A stretch of DNA of 64,000 nucleotides from Clostridia bacterium (GCA_029007295.1 JAQXHN010000014.1:58813-122812), one strand, 5' to 3'. Counted from the first letter of the stretch, positions 9,305-18,822 are shown. The notes: generated from the letters alone by a model not told the origin. Numbers and translations are program-made.

Positions 9305-10849
9305 TTACATATCGTCGTCAGACATTGCAATCGCCCTGTCGTACACGTCTACGGTTTCCTTCGCAGGAGCGCTGTCAATAAGAGTAACAACTATTGTAAT
9401 AATCATTCCGAATAAGAATCCGGGAGCCAGCTCATAAATTCCGGTGTCGCAGATAAGGCTTGCCGCGCCCTTGTTAAAGCAAAACATCCACGCAACGTCA
9501 ACAACTGCGCCGCCGATAACACCGGCTAAAGCACCCTTATACGTAAGACGTCTCCAGAAAAGCGAAAGTATTATTACCGGACCGAAGGCCGAGCCGAAGC
9601 CTGCCCACGCATTTTCAACCATATTCATAATAGCTTGAGCGCCGCTCGATTTGGAAGAGGCAATAAGGTAAGCAATAACGGCAACTACTAATACTACTAT
9701 TCTTCCTACCCACAGAACCTCCTTGTCGGAAGCTTTCTTTCTTATGATCGGACGGTAAATATCCGATGTAAATGAGGAGGAAGCGACGAGCAGCTGGCTG
9801 TCGGCGGTTGACATTGAAGCCGCAATTATTGCCGCCATTAGAATACCTGCAATAAAAGCGGGGAACAGCTTGCGTGCCAATGTGATGAAAACAAGCTTTT
9901 GATTACCGTCGGTAAGCAAATCCTTTGCGATTTCATTACCGATAATCATTCTTGTAAGATAAGCCATTAAAATTGAAGCGCCGAGCGTAATAACAACCCA
10001 AATTATAGCGATGGTTGCGGATTTCTTAACCATAGACGCCTTTTTTATTGACATAAAACGAACAAGAATATGAGGCATACCGAAGTAACCGAGACCCCAG
10101 GCAAGACCGGAAATGATTTCCTGAGGTGATGCGGAAAAGAGACTTGATTTAAATACTGCGTCAACAACAGAGCCGTCTGCGTCTGTATAAGAATATACCG
10201 TGCTTAAAAGGGATGCGTCGGTTTTACTGAATGCCATAATAGCAATCGGCACCGCAAGAAGCGCTATCAGCATAAGCAATCCCTGGAAAAAGTCTGTCCA
10301 GCAAACCGCCTTAAAGCCGCCGAGAAATGTATAGAGAAGAATAATTACCGCAAATATTGTCATTGCCAATGTGCGATCAAGCTTCGGAAAAAGTGAGGTG
10401 AACACGTCTGCGCCTGCAACAAAGCCGGAAGCGACATAAACAGTAAAGAAAACAAGAAAAATTACAGCGCATATAATTTGTAAAAGCTTTCCTCCGGTTG
10501 CAAATCGGTTCGAAAGATACTGAGGAAGCGTAATTGAATCCCCGGCAGCCTTTGAGAATTTACGCAGCCTTTTTGCAACGAAAATCCAATTTAAAGCAGT
10601 ACCTATCGCAAGACCGATACCTATCCACGCCTTGCCCAAACCGAAGGCCAAAACGGAACCGGGTAAGCCCATTAACAGCCAAGCGCTCATATCCGACGCT
10701 TGTGCGCTCATTGCAGTTACCCACGGACCCATCTGACGTCCGCCTAAAAAATAGTCCTTTTCCCCGTTTTTGGATTTTTCTTTAAAGAAAAAGATAAATC
10801 CTATTGAAAGCACGAGGACAAAGTAAAGTACAAATGCAAAAATTTCCAT
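9305..10849 (-). CDS. putP: sodium:proline symporter (SSF family)
   Basis: 514 aa, about 13 TM. The N-terminal DYFLGGRQMGPWVTAMSAQASDMSAWLLMGLPG is typical of PutP. Confidence 0.85.
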   Translation of the reverse strand: MEIFAFVLYFVLVLSIGFIFFFKEKSKNGEKDYFLGGRQMGPWVTAMSAQASDMSAWLLMGLPGSVLAFGLGKAWIGIGLAIGTALNWIFVAKRLRKFSKAAGDSITLPQYLSNRFATGGKLLQIICAVIFLVFFTVYVASGFVAGADVFTSLFPKLDRTLAMTIFAVIILLYTFLGGFKAVCWTDFFQGLLMLIALLAVPIAIMAFSKTDASLLSTVYSYTDADGSVVDAVFKSSLFSASPQEIISGLAWGLGYFGMPHILVRFMSIKKASMVKKSATIAIIWVVITLGASILMAYLTRMIIGNEIAKDLLTDGNQKLVFITLARKLFPAFIAGILMAAIIAASMSTADSQLLVASSSFTSDIYRPIIRKKASDKEVLWVGRIVVLVVAVIAYLIASSKSSGAQAIMNMVENAWAGFGSAFGPVIILSLFWRRLTYKGALAGVIGGAVVDVAWMFCFNKGAASLICDTGIYELAPGFLFGMIITIVVTLIDSAPAKETVDVYDRAIAMSDDDM

Positions 10850-10877
10850 AATATACCTCTTTTAAAAAATATGTAAT

Positions 10878-10906
10878 ATTATAGCAAAAAATCAAGCAGA
10901 ACGCAA
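10878..10906 (-). promoter_or_regulatory. sigma-A-like promoter of putP (TTGCGT-17-TATAAT)
   Basis: Read on the minus strand; about 20-nt leader with an AAGAGG RBS. Confidence 0.45.
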
Positions 10907-10942
10907 TACAGAATAAAGTACAAACTTTTTATAATACAAAAA

Positions 10943-10987
10943 AGTGATAATATCTTATAAACCCAACAAATACAAGATATTATCACT
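10943..10987 (-). terminator. intrinsic terminator after the TetR gene
   Basis: Perfect 14-bp inverted repeat AGTGATAATATCTT/AAGATATTATCACT with a 17-nt loop, followed on the minus strand by TTTTTTG. Confidence 0.65.
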
Positions 10988-11028
10988 GTACATAATATAA
11001 ACTATTACTAAATCTAAAATGTAAACAC

Positions 11029-11613
11029 TTATTTAATAATAAACTTTATCATATCAGGCAAAAGTGTATGCGAGTATCGGGAAAGCGAGTACTCTCCGTT
11101 GCATATACACCAGTCGTAAATAAAGCCTCTCTCAATCAGGGCGTATATTTTGACAATTTCGTCGATAGGGAGCGCATTTGTTAATTCGCCGTTTGCCTGT
11201 CCCTCGGAAACTATGCGTCGAAGCAGCTTATAGTATGTACGCCGTCTGTCGAGCAGGTGGCGCTCGCCTCTGGTTACGAGCTGAGAAGAATAGAGCATTG
11301 CGAGAAGCTCTATAGGAACGCTGTTTTCTATTGTCAAAAACAGCTCTTTGTTTAGGAAAATCAGCTTCTCAAAGGCGCCCTCGACAGCGTCCAGAGAGTC
11401 TGCCAGCTCCTCGTATCTTTCGTCGAAAAGGCTGGATAAGGTGCCGAGCAAGGCGTCCTTTCCGTCAAAATAATGATAAAAGGAGCCCTTTGACGTGTGT
11501 GATTCGAAAATAATATCCTCAACCGTTGTATCTTCGTAGCCCTGCTCGTAAAACAGCTTCCATGCGGCTGTAATAATTTTACTTTTAGTGTTTTTTTGAG
11601 TTTTTTTCTGCAT
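11029..11613 (-). CDS. TetR/AcrR family transcriptional regulator
   Basis: N-terminal HTH region KIITAAWKLFYEQGYEDTTVEDIIFESHTSKGSFYHYF. ATG at 11613 preferred (AGGAG RBS). Confidence 0.85.
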   Translation of the reverse strand: MQKKTQKNTKSKIITAAWKLFYEQGYEDTTVEDIIFESHTSKGSFYHYFDGKDALLGTLSSLFDERYEELADSLDAVEGAFEKLIFLNKELFLTIENSVPIELLAMLYSSQLVTRGERHLLDRRRTYYKLLRRIVSEGQANGELTNALPIDEIVKIYALIERGFIYDWCICNGEYSLSRYSHTLLPDMIKFIIK

Positions 11614-11640
11614 AATACCGACTCCTGACTGATTTATTAA

Positions 11641-11669
11641 ATTATACAATAAAATGTCGAATATTGCAA
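11641..11669 (-). promoter_or_regulatory. sigma-A-like promoter of the TetR gene (TTGCAA-17-TATAAT)
   Basis: Hexamers and 17-nt spacer read on the minus strand. Confidence 0.5.
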
Positions 11670-11675
11670 TAGAAA

Positions 11676-11697
11676 AAGGACCGTCGAAGCGGTCCTT
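11676..11697 (-). terminator. intrinsic terminator
   Basis: AAGGACCG-CTTCGA-CGGTCCTT followed by TTTTT on the minus strand, just downstream of the 11721 CDS. Confidence 0.7.
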
Positions 11698-11720
11698 AAA
11701 TAAATTAAATATCTAAAAGC

Positions 11721-12305
11721 TCAAAATAATTTTCTGTCGGGTAGATATTTGTCGAGAATCTTAGTTAAGCAAACCACAGCGCTTGCGCCGCAGATAAACA
11801 AAAGGAAAAACCAACCTACGGAAACGGTGACAGAAACATATTCCACATCTATAATCATTCCGAGAATGTTAAGAAGGAAAGCTAAGCCGAAGGTTCCGTA
11901 ATATCCGACTGTCACATACTTATGAATCGGAAGGTTATTGTGTAAGATGGATTTGAAGTTCACAAAATATGTGATAATGTTTACTGCGCCCAAAACGATA
12001 GCGATTATAGCAAAAATCTTTGCTATGCCGAATGCGGCACTTAATTCGAACATATCGCTATGGTAAATAGAAAAACTTTCAAATCCCGAAATTCTAAACC
12101 ACGGCAGTACAAGCATAAGAATGAATGAAACAACAGTCGCTCCGAGTCTTATAAGATTATTAAGCGTAGGAATTATGATGGGTGAAGACGATCCGTTGTT
12201 GGATGTGCTGCGGGCACGGGGAGCTCCTCCCTGCTGTGCTCCGCACTTGGGACAAAATGCGGCTCCGTCAGATAGCTGATTGCCGCACTTATAACAAAAA
12301 GCCAT
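11721..12305 (-). CDS. zinc-ribbon domain membrane protein
   Basis: MAFCYKCGNQLSDGAAFCPKCG N-terminal zinc ribbon followed by 4-5 hydrophobic helices. Confidence 0.7.
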   Translation of the reverse strand: MAFCYKCGNQLSDGAAFCPKCGAQQGGAPRARSTSNNGSSSPIIIPTLNNLIRLGATVVSFILMLVLPWFRISGFESFSIYHSDMFELSAAFGIAKIFAIIAIVLGAVNIITYFVNFKSILHNNLPIHKYVTVGYYGTFGLAFLLNILGMIIDVEYVSVTVSVGWFFLLFICGASAVVCLTKILDKYLPDRKLF

Positions 12306-12533
12306 TAGAAAATCCTCCTAATATATATTACTTAAAATATGATATCACATAATATGCGAAAAATCAATACAATTTGTAAAAAATAAACACAATAAGCAAA
12401 AAAAATCGCAAGACAGGGATTTATATATTAAATGTATCTTTTACAAAAAGATTTCCGAATAGTATACTTTTGCACAGAAAAGCTCTTTGAGAAGGGAATT
12501 AAAAAAGTTTATTATATTATTACCGAAAATTCA

Positions 12534-12562
12534 TTGAAAAAAGCTCGAAAAAATAGGATAAT
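12534..12562 (+). promoter_or_regulatory. candidate promoter (TTGAAA-17-GATAAT) overlapping copy 1 of the tandem repeat
   Basis: Hexamers read directly. Copy 2 carries TAGAAA-17-GATAAT. Confidence 0.4.
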
Positions 12563-12591
12563 AGAAAAAAGCTCGAAAAAATAGGATAATA
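12536..12591. repeat. perfect 2 x 28-bp tandem direct repeat
   Basis: GAAAAAAGCTCGAAAAAATAGGATAATA occurs at 12536-12563 and again at 12564-12591 with no mismatch. Confidence 0.95.
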
Positions 12592-12619
12592 AAAATACAA
12601 ATACTATGGTGGTTACAGT

Positions 12620-15166
12620 ATGAAAAAACATAAATATTCGATTATTTCTGTAATTACGGCGATAATTTCAACAGCCGTGATTGTTGCCATGACCTCGTCC
12701 TGCTCCGCCGCAAAGCCGAGCGAGGACAAGAAATTATCAAGCGAACAAGCTGTGAACGAAATATCTGAAAATACCGAAGCTGCGCCCGAAAATGTTTCGA
12801 CCCCATCGGCAATGCCGTTTAACGACGTGAAAGCCGGTAAATGGTATTACAATGCGGTGAAATTCTGTTATGTTAACGGATATATGAACGGAACATCCGA
12901 AAATACTTTTTCACCGAGCGCCCCCGTTACAAGAGCCATGTTTGCAACTGTACTGTATAAAACGGCATCGGCAAGCGCTGTATACGATTCGAGCTCTTTT
13001 ACGGATGTTGAAGGCGGTAAATGGTATACGAGCGCTGTTCAGTGGGCATATGAAAACGGATATGCTTCGGGCGTCGGAGGAGGAAAATTTTCACCTAACG
13101 CCGAGGTAAGCCGGGAACAAATGTGCGTATTTTTACATACCTATTCCTTGAAAAACGGATATGATGTTTCCAAAAGCGCCGAATTGGACTCGTTTAACGA
13201 TGAAAATACCGTTTCGCAGTGGGCGAGAGACGCTGTTAAGTGGGCTGTGGCAAATGAAATTATCAGCGGAACCTCGGGCAGGAAATTAAGTCCGAAAATT
13301 GCATCAACAAGGGCAATGACGGCTCAGATATTTCATAAATACAATTCGATTATTTCCTATGCCGAGGTATCCGATGAAATAAATGTTGTACCTTCATCGT
13401 TTGACGCAGTGGACGCTCTTGCGAGAGTGGTTGCGGACGGCACCGTAGCCAGAGCGAAAACCGAGGGAAAGTATGTCGGTATGTTTTATTGGTCATGGCA
13501 CCAGACGCCTCAGACAGCGGATATTCCCAGAGTTGCAGGCGATATTGTCAAAAAATTCCCCGACGCGGTCAATGATTTTTACCATGAAGCATGGGAAAAC
13601 ACCCCGGAGGGAACGAGGTATTTCTGGGGAAAACCTCTTTTCGGCTTTTACACAACGGAGGATAAATGGGTACTGCGCCGCCATGCGGAAATGCTTGCGG
13701 ACGCCGGAGTAGACGTAATCTTTTTTGATTGCACAAACGGCACTTATCTGTGGGAGGAATCCGCAAAAGCGATATTCGAGGTTTTTGAGGAAGCAAGAAA
13801 GGACGGAGTGAACACCCCTAAAATCGCTTTCATGCTTAATTTCATAAAGAACAAAAATAACAAGGAACAGTTAATAAGACTGTACGATACGATTTACTCA
13901 AAGCATTTATATGATGATTTATGGTTCTATTGGGAGGGAAAGCCGTTAATTCTTTCATACGAGGATTCCATGGATTTAGACGAAGGTACTACAATCAGCA
14001 CTTCGAAGGCGGAGGCCATTAAGAATTTCTTTACCTTCAGGCATAACAATGCGTCGTATTTTTCATCCGACAAAAAAATCAGCAAAAAAACATGGGGCTG
14101 GCTTTCGGTTTATCCGCAGACAAAATACGGAGTCAGGGATGACGGTACAGTTGAGCAGATCTGCGTATCCGTTGCACAGAATTCGACCGATACGGAGCTT
14201 GTTGCGATGAATGCGGGAAGCGCTGTTCACGGACGCTCCTACGCCAAGGGCTCTTATGAATATTATTATGACCGCTACGGAACAAATATTACGGTTAATT
14301 CGGATATTGAAAACAGCGAGCTATACGGAATAAATTTCCAACAGCAGTGGGATTACGCTTTAAAGACGGATCCGGATTTTGTATTTGTGACCGGCTGGAA
14401 CGAGTGGATTGCCATGCGATTTGAAACCTGGCAGGGCACGGCAAATGCGTTTCCCGACGAATTTTCCGAGGAGTACAGCAGGGATATAGAGCCTGAGGAC
14501 GGCGTTTTGAAGGACAATTATTATATGCAGCTGTGCAGTAATATCAGGAAGTATAAGGGAGTAGACTCTTTGGATACTTCTCCCATGCAAAAAAGCATAT
14601 GCTTATCTACGGGCGGCGCCGGCTGGCAGGATGTTGTTCCATCTTATGACGATTATATCGACTGCGAAGAGGGAAGAGACGCAAACGGTTACCCCGGCGA
14701 GCATTATACCGAGGATGCGGTAAGGAACGACATAATACACTCCAAATTTGCTTATGATGAAAACAATCTATACTTTATGGTTCAGACAAAAAACGAGCTT
14801 ACTCCCTGCGATGATGACATGTGGATGCGCTTGTTTATCACCGTTTCGGACTTTAAGGAGGATTCGTTTGAGGGCTTCGATTATGTAGTAAACAGAGAAA
14901 CGCCCGTAAAAGGAATAACCGCAATAGAGAGGCTCTCGCCCGACGGCTCATGCGAAAAAGCGGGGGAATGCAGATTTTCTCTTAACGGCAACACGCTGGT
15001 AATTTCCGTTCCGAGAAAAACACTCGGTATTTCGGAAGGAGATCTGCCTACCGTCCGCTTTAAGTGGGTCGACAATGCTATTGACTTTGACAATCCGGAC
15101 ATTATGGACGTATATAAGCGAGGCGACAGCGCACCCAACGGCAGATTTATGTACAGAGTTAAATAA
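12620..15166 (+). CDS. SLH-domain surface protein with glycoside-hydrolase-like catalytic region (family not assigned)
   Basis: Signal peptide, then three SLH repeats (FNDVKAGKWYYNAV.., FTDVEGGKWYTSAV.., FNDENTVSQWARDAV..). The region with FFDCTNG and VTGWNEWIAMRF motifs is reminiscent of TIM-barrel glycosidases. Confidence 0.75.
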   Translation: MKKHKYSIISVITAIISTAVIVAMTSSCSAAKPSEDKKLSSEQAVNEISENTEAAPENVSTPSAMPFNDVKAGKWYYNAVKFCYVNGYMNGTSENTFSPSAPVTRAMFATVLYKTASASAVYDSSSFTDVEGGKWYTSAVQWAYENGYASGVGGGKFSPNAEVSREQMCVFLHTYSLKNGYDVSKSAELDSFNDENTVSQWARDAVKWAVANEIISGTSGRKLSPKIASTRAMTAQIFHKYNSIISYAEVSDEINVVPSSFDAVDALARVVADGTVARAKTEGKYVGMFYWSWHQTPQTADIPRVAGDIVKKFPDAVNDFYHEAWENTPEGTRYFWGKPLFGFYTTEDKWVLRRHAEMLADAGVDVIFFDCTNGTYLWEESAKAIFEVFEEARKDGVNTPKIAFMLNFIKNKNNKEQLIRLYDTIYSKHLYDDLWFYWEGKPLILSYEDSMDLDEGTTISTSKAEAIKNFFTFRHNNASYFSSDKKISKKTWGWLSVYPQTKYGVRDDGTVEQICVSVAQNSTDTELVAMNAGSAVHGRSYAKGSYEYYYDRYGTNITVNSDIENSELYGINFQQQWDYALKTDPDFVFVTGWNEWIAMRFETWQGTANAFPDEFSEEYSRDIEPEDGVLKDNYYMQLCSNIRKYKGVDSLDTSPMQKSICLSTGGAGWQDVVPSYDDYIDCEEGRDANGYPGEHYTEDAVRNDIIHSKFAYDENNLYFMVQTKNELTPCDDDMWMRLFITVSDFKEDSFEGFDYVVNRETPVKGITAIERLSPDGSCEKAGECRFSLNGNTLVISVPRKTLGISEGDLPTVRFKWVDNAIDFDNPDIMDVYKRGDSAPNGRFMYRVK

Positions 15167-15173
15167 AATGAAA

Positions 15174-15207
15174 AACGGCGGTAAGGCTTCTTCCTTACTG
15201 CCGTTTT
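15174..15207 (+). terminator. intrinsic terminator of the SLH gene
   Basis: AACGGCGGTAAGG-CTTCTT-CCTTACTGCCGTT (one G:U) followed by TTTC. Confidence 0.7.
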
Positions 15208-15380
15208 CAATACCCTTTACGGGAAAGAGCATATTCCGGAATCGAAGCGGAATATACTCAACCGTAAACGCCCTGTCAAGCATAGGGACGGTCAGCAGAA
15301 ACACGCTTTGATTTCCGATGTTCTTTCGGGTACATTTGTATTATTTCACATTGTTACCGCAATTATTCATTTGAATTAAA

Positions 15381-15589
15381 AATAAAAATAAAAAAATAAC
15401 CGCGGAAAAGCTTCGCTTCATTTCCGCGGTCGGTTCTTGGAATAGGCTCTCACCTATGTACTCACGCCGATAACATTTCGTTCATCATCGGCTATTCCAA
15501 TAAATGGTATTACTTAATGTGTTTCGACACATTTCGTAACATAACAGCAGCAAGCGACAGACACAATATATTGTATTTTCGTTTGCGAT
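15381..15589 (-). ncRNA. candidate about 200-nt small RNA of unknown class
   Basis: Bracketed by a perfect consensus promoter (15624-15596) and a strong terminator: ACCGCGGAAA-12 nt-TTTCCGCGGT at 15430-15399, then a long U-tract. There is no ORF above 15 codons and no RBS. Internal helices: 7-bp hairpin at 15516-15533; 9-bp closing stem 15437-15445/15492-15500 enclosing CCGAT/ATCGG. Confidence 0.45.
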
Positions 15590-15595
15590 AAATCA

Positions 15596-15624
15596 ATTAT
15601 ATAGTGTAATTTTTCACTTGTCAA
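15596..15624 (-). promoter_or_regulatory. consensus sigma-A promoter (TTGACA-17-TATAAT)
   Basis: Reverse complement reads TTGACA agtgaaaaattacacta TATAAT. Confidence 0.6.
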
Positions 15625-15769
15625 CAGTGTTTTTTAATTATTTTTTTGAAAACGCAAAATTTAAAATTCAGAAAATAATAATTAATACTATATTCATATT
15701 TGACGACGAACAGTCAGAGTTTTTTTCGCACTTGCAAAGAACGGATATTTATGATATAATAGCATAGAA

Positions 15770-16843
15770 TTAAGATTTTTTGATTACATCGGTTTCGACA
15801 TATTTTACGCATACGGTGACGGCAATAGGACATAAAATCATACCCGGCATACCGAAAAATCTGTAACCGCAATATATTGAAATCAACGTTGCAATAGGGT
15901 GCAGTCCGATTGATTTGGAGAGAAGATGAGGCTCGGTAAAGGAGCGGATCGCCTCGACGATTCCCCACAGACCGAGAAGATATAATCCCTTTACCGAATC
16001 ACCTGAAATAATCTGAACGACGCCCCACGGAGCGAGAATTGTTCCGACGCCGAGGACGGGCAGAAAATCAACAAACGCAATCAGCGCCGACAGCAACAGC
16101 GCATATCTTATGCCGATAACCGTAAGTCCGACCGACACCGTTATGAACGTAATCAGCATCATTATAAGGGAAGCCTTCAGATAGTCGAGAGTTATTTCCT
16201 TTGCCGTGTTTTTAACGCTGAAAACGCGAAAACGAATTTTCGACGGAAGCAGCTTTGAAATAAAGGCTTTAACTCTGTTATAATCAATCGCAAAATAGAC
16301 TGCTGCGATAATGCTTTCAACAGTGAAAAGCAGTATCTCCGGAACCGCGGACACGGTTTCGGTCAACAGCCTTACAATGAACGAATAGACGGATTTGATA
16401 ATTGAATTAACGCTATCGGTAACGGTCGCTCCGAGGGTGGTGTCGACTCCCGAATATCCGGAATCTGGTCTTGGCAGAAGCTTTGACAGTTCAGAAACCG
16501 CCTTTCCGATAAATTCACCTATTTTGTCCTTTTTATCGCTCATAGCTCCGACCAGCTCTCCGAGCTCAAGAATACTGCGTCTGACGGCAAAGAAAACGGC
16601 GGCGCCGAGTGCGGATAAAAAAACAACGGTGACAATAACGGCTGTTAATTTTCTTGCGATTCGGAATTTTTCCGAAAAATACGAAATCGGCTTTTGTAAA
16701 ACAGACGCAATGAGCCACGAGACAATGAAAGGTGCGAGCGCCGGCAAAAAAGCGCCGAATATTTTAATCAAAAAATACCCCATTACGGCGTATGCGCCCA
16801 CCACCAATATTTTTGCCCACAAACGAGAGGGTAGCCAATCCAC
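15770..16843 (-). CDS. ytvI: AI-2E family transporter / sporulation integral membrane protein YtvI-like
   Basis: 357 aa, 8 TM. N-terminal pattern and C-terminal HPIATLISIYCGYRFFG are typical of the YtvI/PerM family. Confidence 0.75.
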   Translation of the reverse strand: MDWLPSRLWAKILVVGAYAVMGYFLIKIFGAFLPALAPFIVSWLIASVLQKPISYFSEKFRIARKLTAVIVTVVFLSALGAAVFFAVRRSILELGELVGAMSDKKDKIGEFIGKAVSELSKLLPRPDSGYSGVDTTLGATVTDSVNSIIKSVYSFIVRLLTETVSAVPEILLFTVESIIAAVYFAIDYNRVKAFISKLLPSKIRFRVFSVKNTAKEITLDYLKASLIMMLITFITVSVGLTVIGIRYALLLSALIAFVDFLPVLGVGTILAPWGVVQIISGDSVKGLYLLGLWGIVEAIRSFTEPHLLSKSIGLHPIATLISIYCGYRFFGMPGMILCPIAVTVCVKYVETDVIKKS

Positions 16844-16935
16844 ACAATCACCGCCTTTATACCATTACAGTTACAACTATAATATATACGGCGTTGCATT
16901 ATTTAATACAAAGATTATATAAGGAGTAATATAAA

Positions 16936-17406
16936 ATGATTAAAATTGAGATGGAAAATTCAAAGACAATGACCTTTGAGCTTGACGCCAAGGCGGCACC
17001 GAAAACCGTTGCCAACTTTGAAAAGCTTGTAAAGGAAGGCTTTTACGACGGACTGATTTTTCACCGTGTAATCAGAGGCTTCATGATTCAGGGCGGCGAT
17101 CCGCAAGGCAGCGGCTTCGGTGGCTCCGACGAAAATATTGCAGGCGAATTTAAAAATAACGGCTATGACAATCCTATCTCCCATAAGCGAGGCGTTATTT
17201 CCATGGCTCGCTCGCAGAATCCTGATTCTGCGTCGTCCCAGTTCTTTATCTGCCATGCCGACGCTGAATTTTTAGACGGCGACTATGCCGCCTTCGGTAT
17301 GATGACGGACGGCTTTGATACCCTTGATGAGATTGCCGCTACCCCGACCGATATGATGGACCGTCCGATGCGCGAGCAAAAGATTAAAACCGTAACGATT
17401 ATTTGA
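16936..17406 (+). CDS. ppiB: peptidyl-prolyl cis-trans isomerase, cyclophilin type
   Basis: FHRVIRGFMIQGGDP...SMARS..PDSASSQFFI is the cyclophilin signature. Confidence 0.93.
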   Translation: MIKIEMENSKTMTFELDAKAAPKTVANFEKLVKEGFYDGLIFHRVIRGFMIQGGDPQGSGFGGSDENIAGEFKNNGYDNPISHKRGVISMARSQNPDSASSQFFICHADAEFLDGDYAAFGMMTDGFDTLDEIAATPTDMMDRPMREQKIKTVTII

Positions 17407-17427
17407 CGAATAGGTTGGGTGTATAAA

Positions 17428-18822
17428 ATGAGTGTAAAAAAAACATTGACCGGAATTATTGTCGGGGCGACAATTCTTACATCGATTACGGGCCACGGTG
17501 CGTTTGCAAAGAAATTTGACGATACAGCAGACGGAAAATGGTATTCGGGAGCCGTAGATTTTTGTTCTGAGCGTCTTTATATGGCGGGTACCGATGAAAA
17601 CAGCTTTTCTCCCGATAAGCTGATAACGAGGCAGGAGCTTGCTGCTATTCTTCATTCTCTCGACAACAGTCCTACATACGACCTTGACGACGAGGAGCTC
17701 GGCGAGCCGTACCCGTTTCCGGATATTCAGCGAAGCGACTGGTTTAAGGATGATGTTTTGTGGGTTAACACAAAAAAGCTGATGACGGGTTATCCTGACG
17801 GAAAGTTCGGCGTAGGATATACGGTTAGCCGTCAGCAGATGGCGCTTACTCTTTATAATTTAGCAGATTATCGCGGCAACGACATAACAACAAGAGACTC
17901 TCTATCACGCTTTAAGGATGCGGATAAAGTTGCAGCATGGGCAAAAGACGCACTTCAATGGGCTGTTTCAAAGGGAGTTATCGCAGGAGCCAATGATAAA
18001 TACGGCGATCTGTACCTAAATCCCAACGGAAAAGTAACAAGAGCCGAGGCCGCTTGTATGGTGCGTTCATTCTATCAGAAAATAACGGCTCCGATTTACA
18101 AAGGAACAAATAAGGGAACCTATATGCTGCTGGGCGGAAGCGGAAAGGGCAGTAATAACGAGAGTGATGTAAGGCAGGAAATTCAGGATATTGCGAGAGG
18201 AGAAAAGCCGAATTTACTTTACATCGGACTTGCGGTAAAAGACCCTTCCGGCGATTTTTCATGGATTAAACAGGCGTTTGCCCACGGCGAGGAAACGGTA
18301 TGCGATCTTTTATCCGAGGAGGACATCAAGGACAGCGAGATTGCAAGCAAAAAAATCGCCGACGCCGACATAATATATGTAGGCGGCGGAGATACGGTAC
18401 GTATGATAGGCTTGATGAAGCAGTACGGAATTGACGCCATGCTAAGAGACGCGGCTGCAAACGGCTGTGTCATGGCAGGCTCAAGCGCAGGAGCAATTTG
18501 CTTTTGCGAGAGCGGTGAATCCTCCGTTTCGCCCTCCTTTATGAGAATAGACGCCATCGGATGCCTGAATATCCTTTATTGTCCCCACGCATATGAGGAG
18601 CCGGCAAGATATGAGCTTATGAAAAAGGAGCTTATGAACACTCCTTATATGGTAGGAGTTGCAATGGACGGTGCGGCGCTTGAAATCAAGGACGGACAGT
18701 ATAGGGCGGTAATATACGCATATTATCACACGGCGGATATTGTCCGTGTGGTTAACGGAGAGGTAGTTTCGGAGCCGATGAGCACCGAATGGAGACCTCT
18801 TTCAGAGCTTGTGGGAGAATAA
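17428..18822 (+). CDS. SLH-domain protein fused to peptidase S51 (dipeptidase E / cyanophycinase-like) domain
   Basis: Signal peptide and SLH repeats (FDDTADGKWYSGAV, FPDIQRSDWFKDDV, FKDADKVAAWAKDAL). C-terminal IIYVGGGDTVRM...VMAGSSAGAICF is the S51 nucleophile-elbow context. Start 17428 (ATG) or 17419 (GTG). Confidence 0.75.
   Translation: MSVKKTLTGIIVGATILTSITGHGAFAKKFDDTADGKWYSGAVDFCSERLYMAGTDENSFSPDKLITRQELAAILHSLDNSPTYDLDDEELGEPYPFPDIQRSDWFKDDVLWVNTKKLMTGYPDGKFGVGYTVSRQQMALTLYNLADYRGNDITTRDSLSRFKDADKVAAWAKDALQWAVSKGVIAGANDKYGDLYLNPNGKVTRAEAACMVRSFYQKITAPIYKGTNKGTYMLLGGSGKGSNNESDVRQEIQDIARGEKPNLLYIGLAVKDPSGDFSWIKQAFAHGEETVCDLLSEEDIKDSEIASKKIADADIIYVGGGDTVRMIGLMKQYGIDAMLRDAAANGCVMAGSSAGAICFCESGESSVSPSFMRIDAIGCLNILYCPHAYEEPARYELMKKELMNTPYMVGVAMDGAALEIKDGQYRAVIYAYYHTADIVRVVNGEVVSEPMSTEWRPLSELVGE

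Noticed and set aside
15381-15589. Whether the candidate sRNA is 6S RNA, a riboswitch leader or a small-peptide gene.
   Set aside because: The 5' and 3' ends do not form the long closing helix of 6S RNA. No gene follows on that strand, so it is not a leader. Only 8-15-codon ORFs without SD sequences are present. It is kept as an unclassified sRNA candidate instead.
16395-16922. 175-aa plus-strand ORF.
   Set aside because: It is antisense to the ytvI-like membrane protein gene. There is no independent support.
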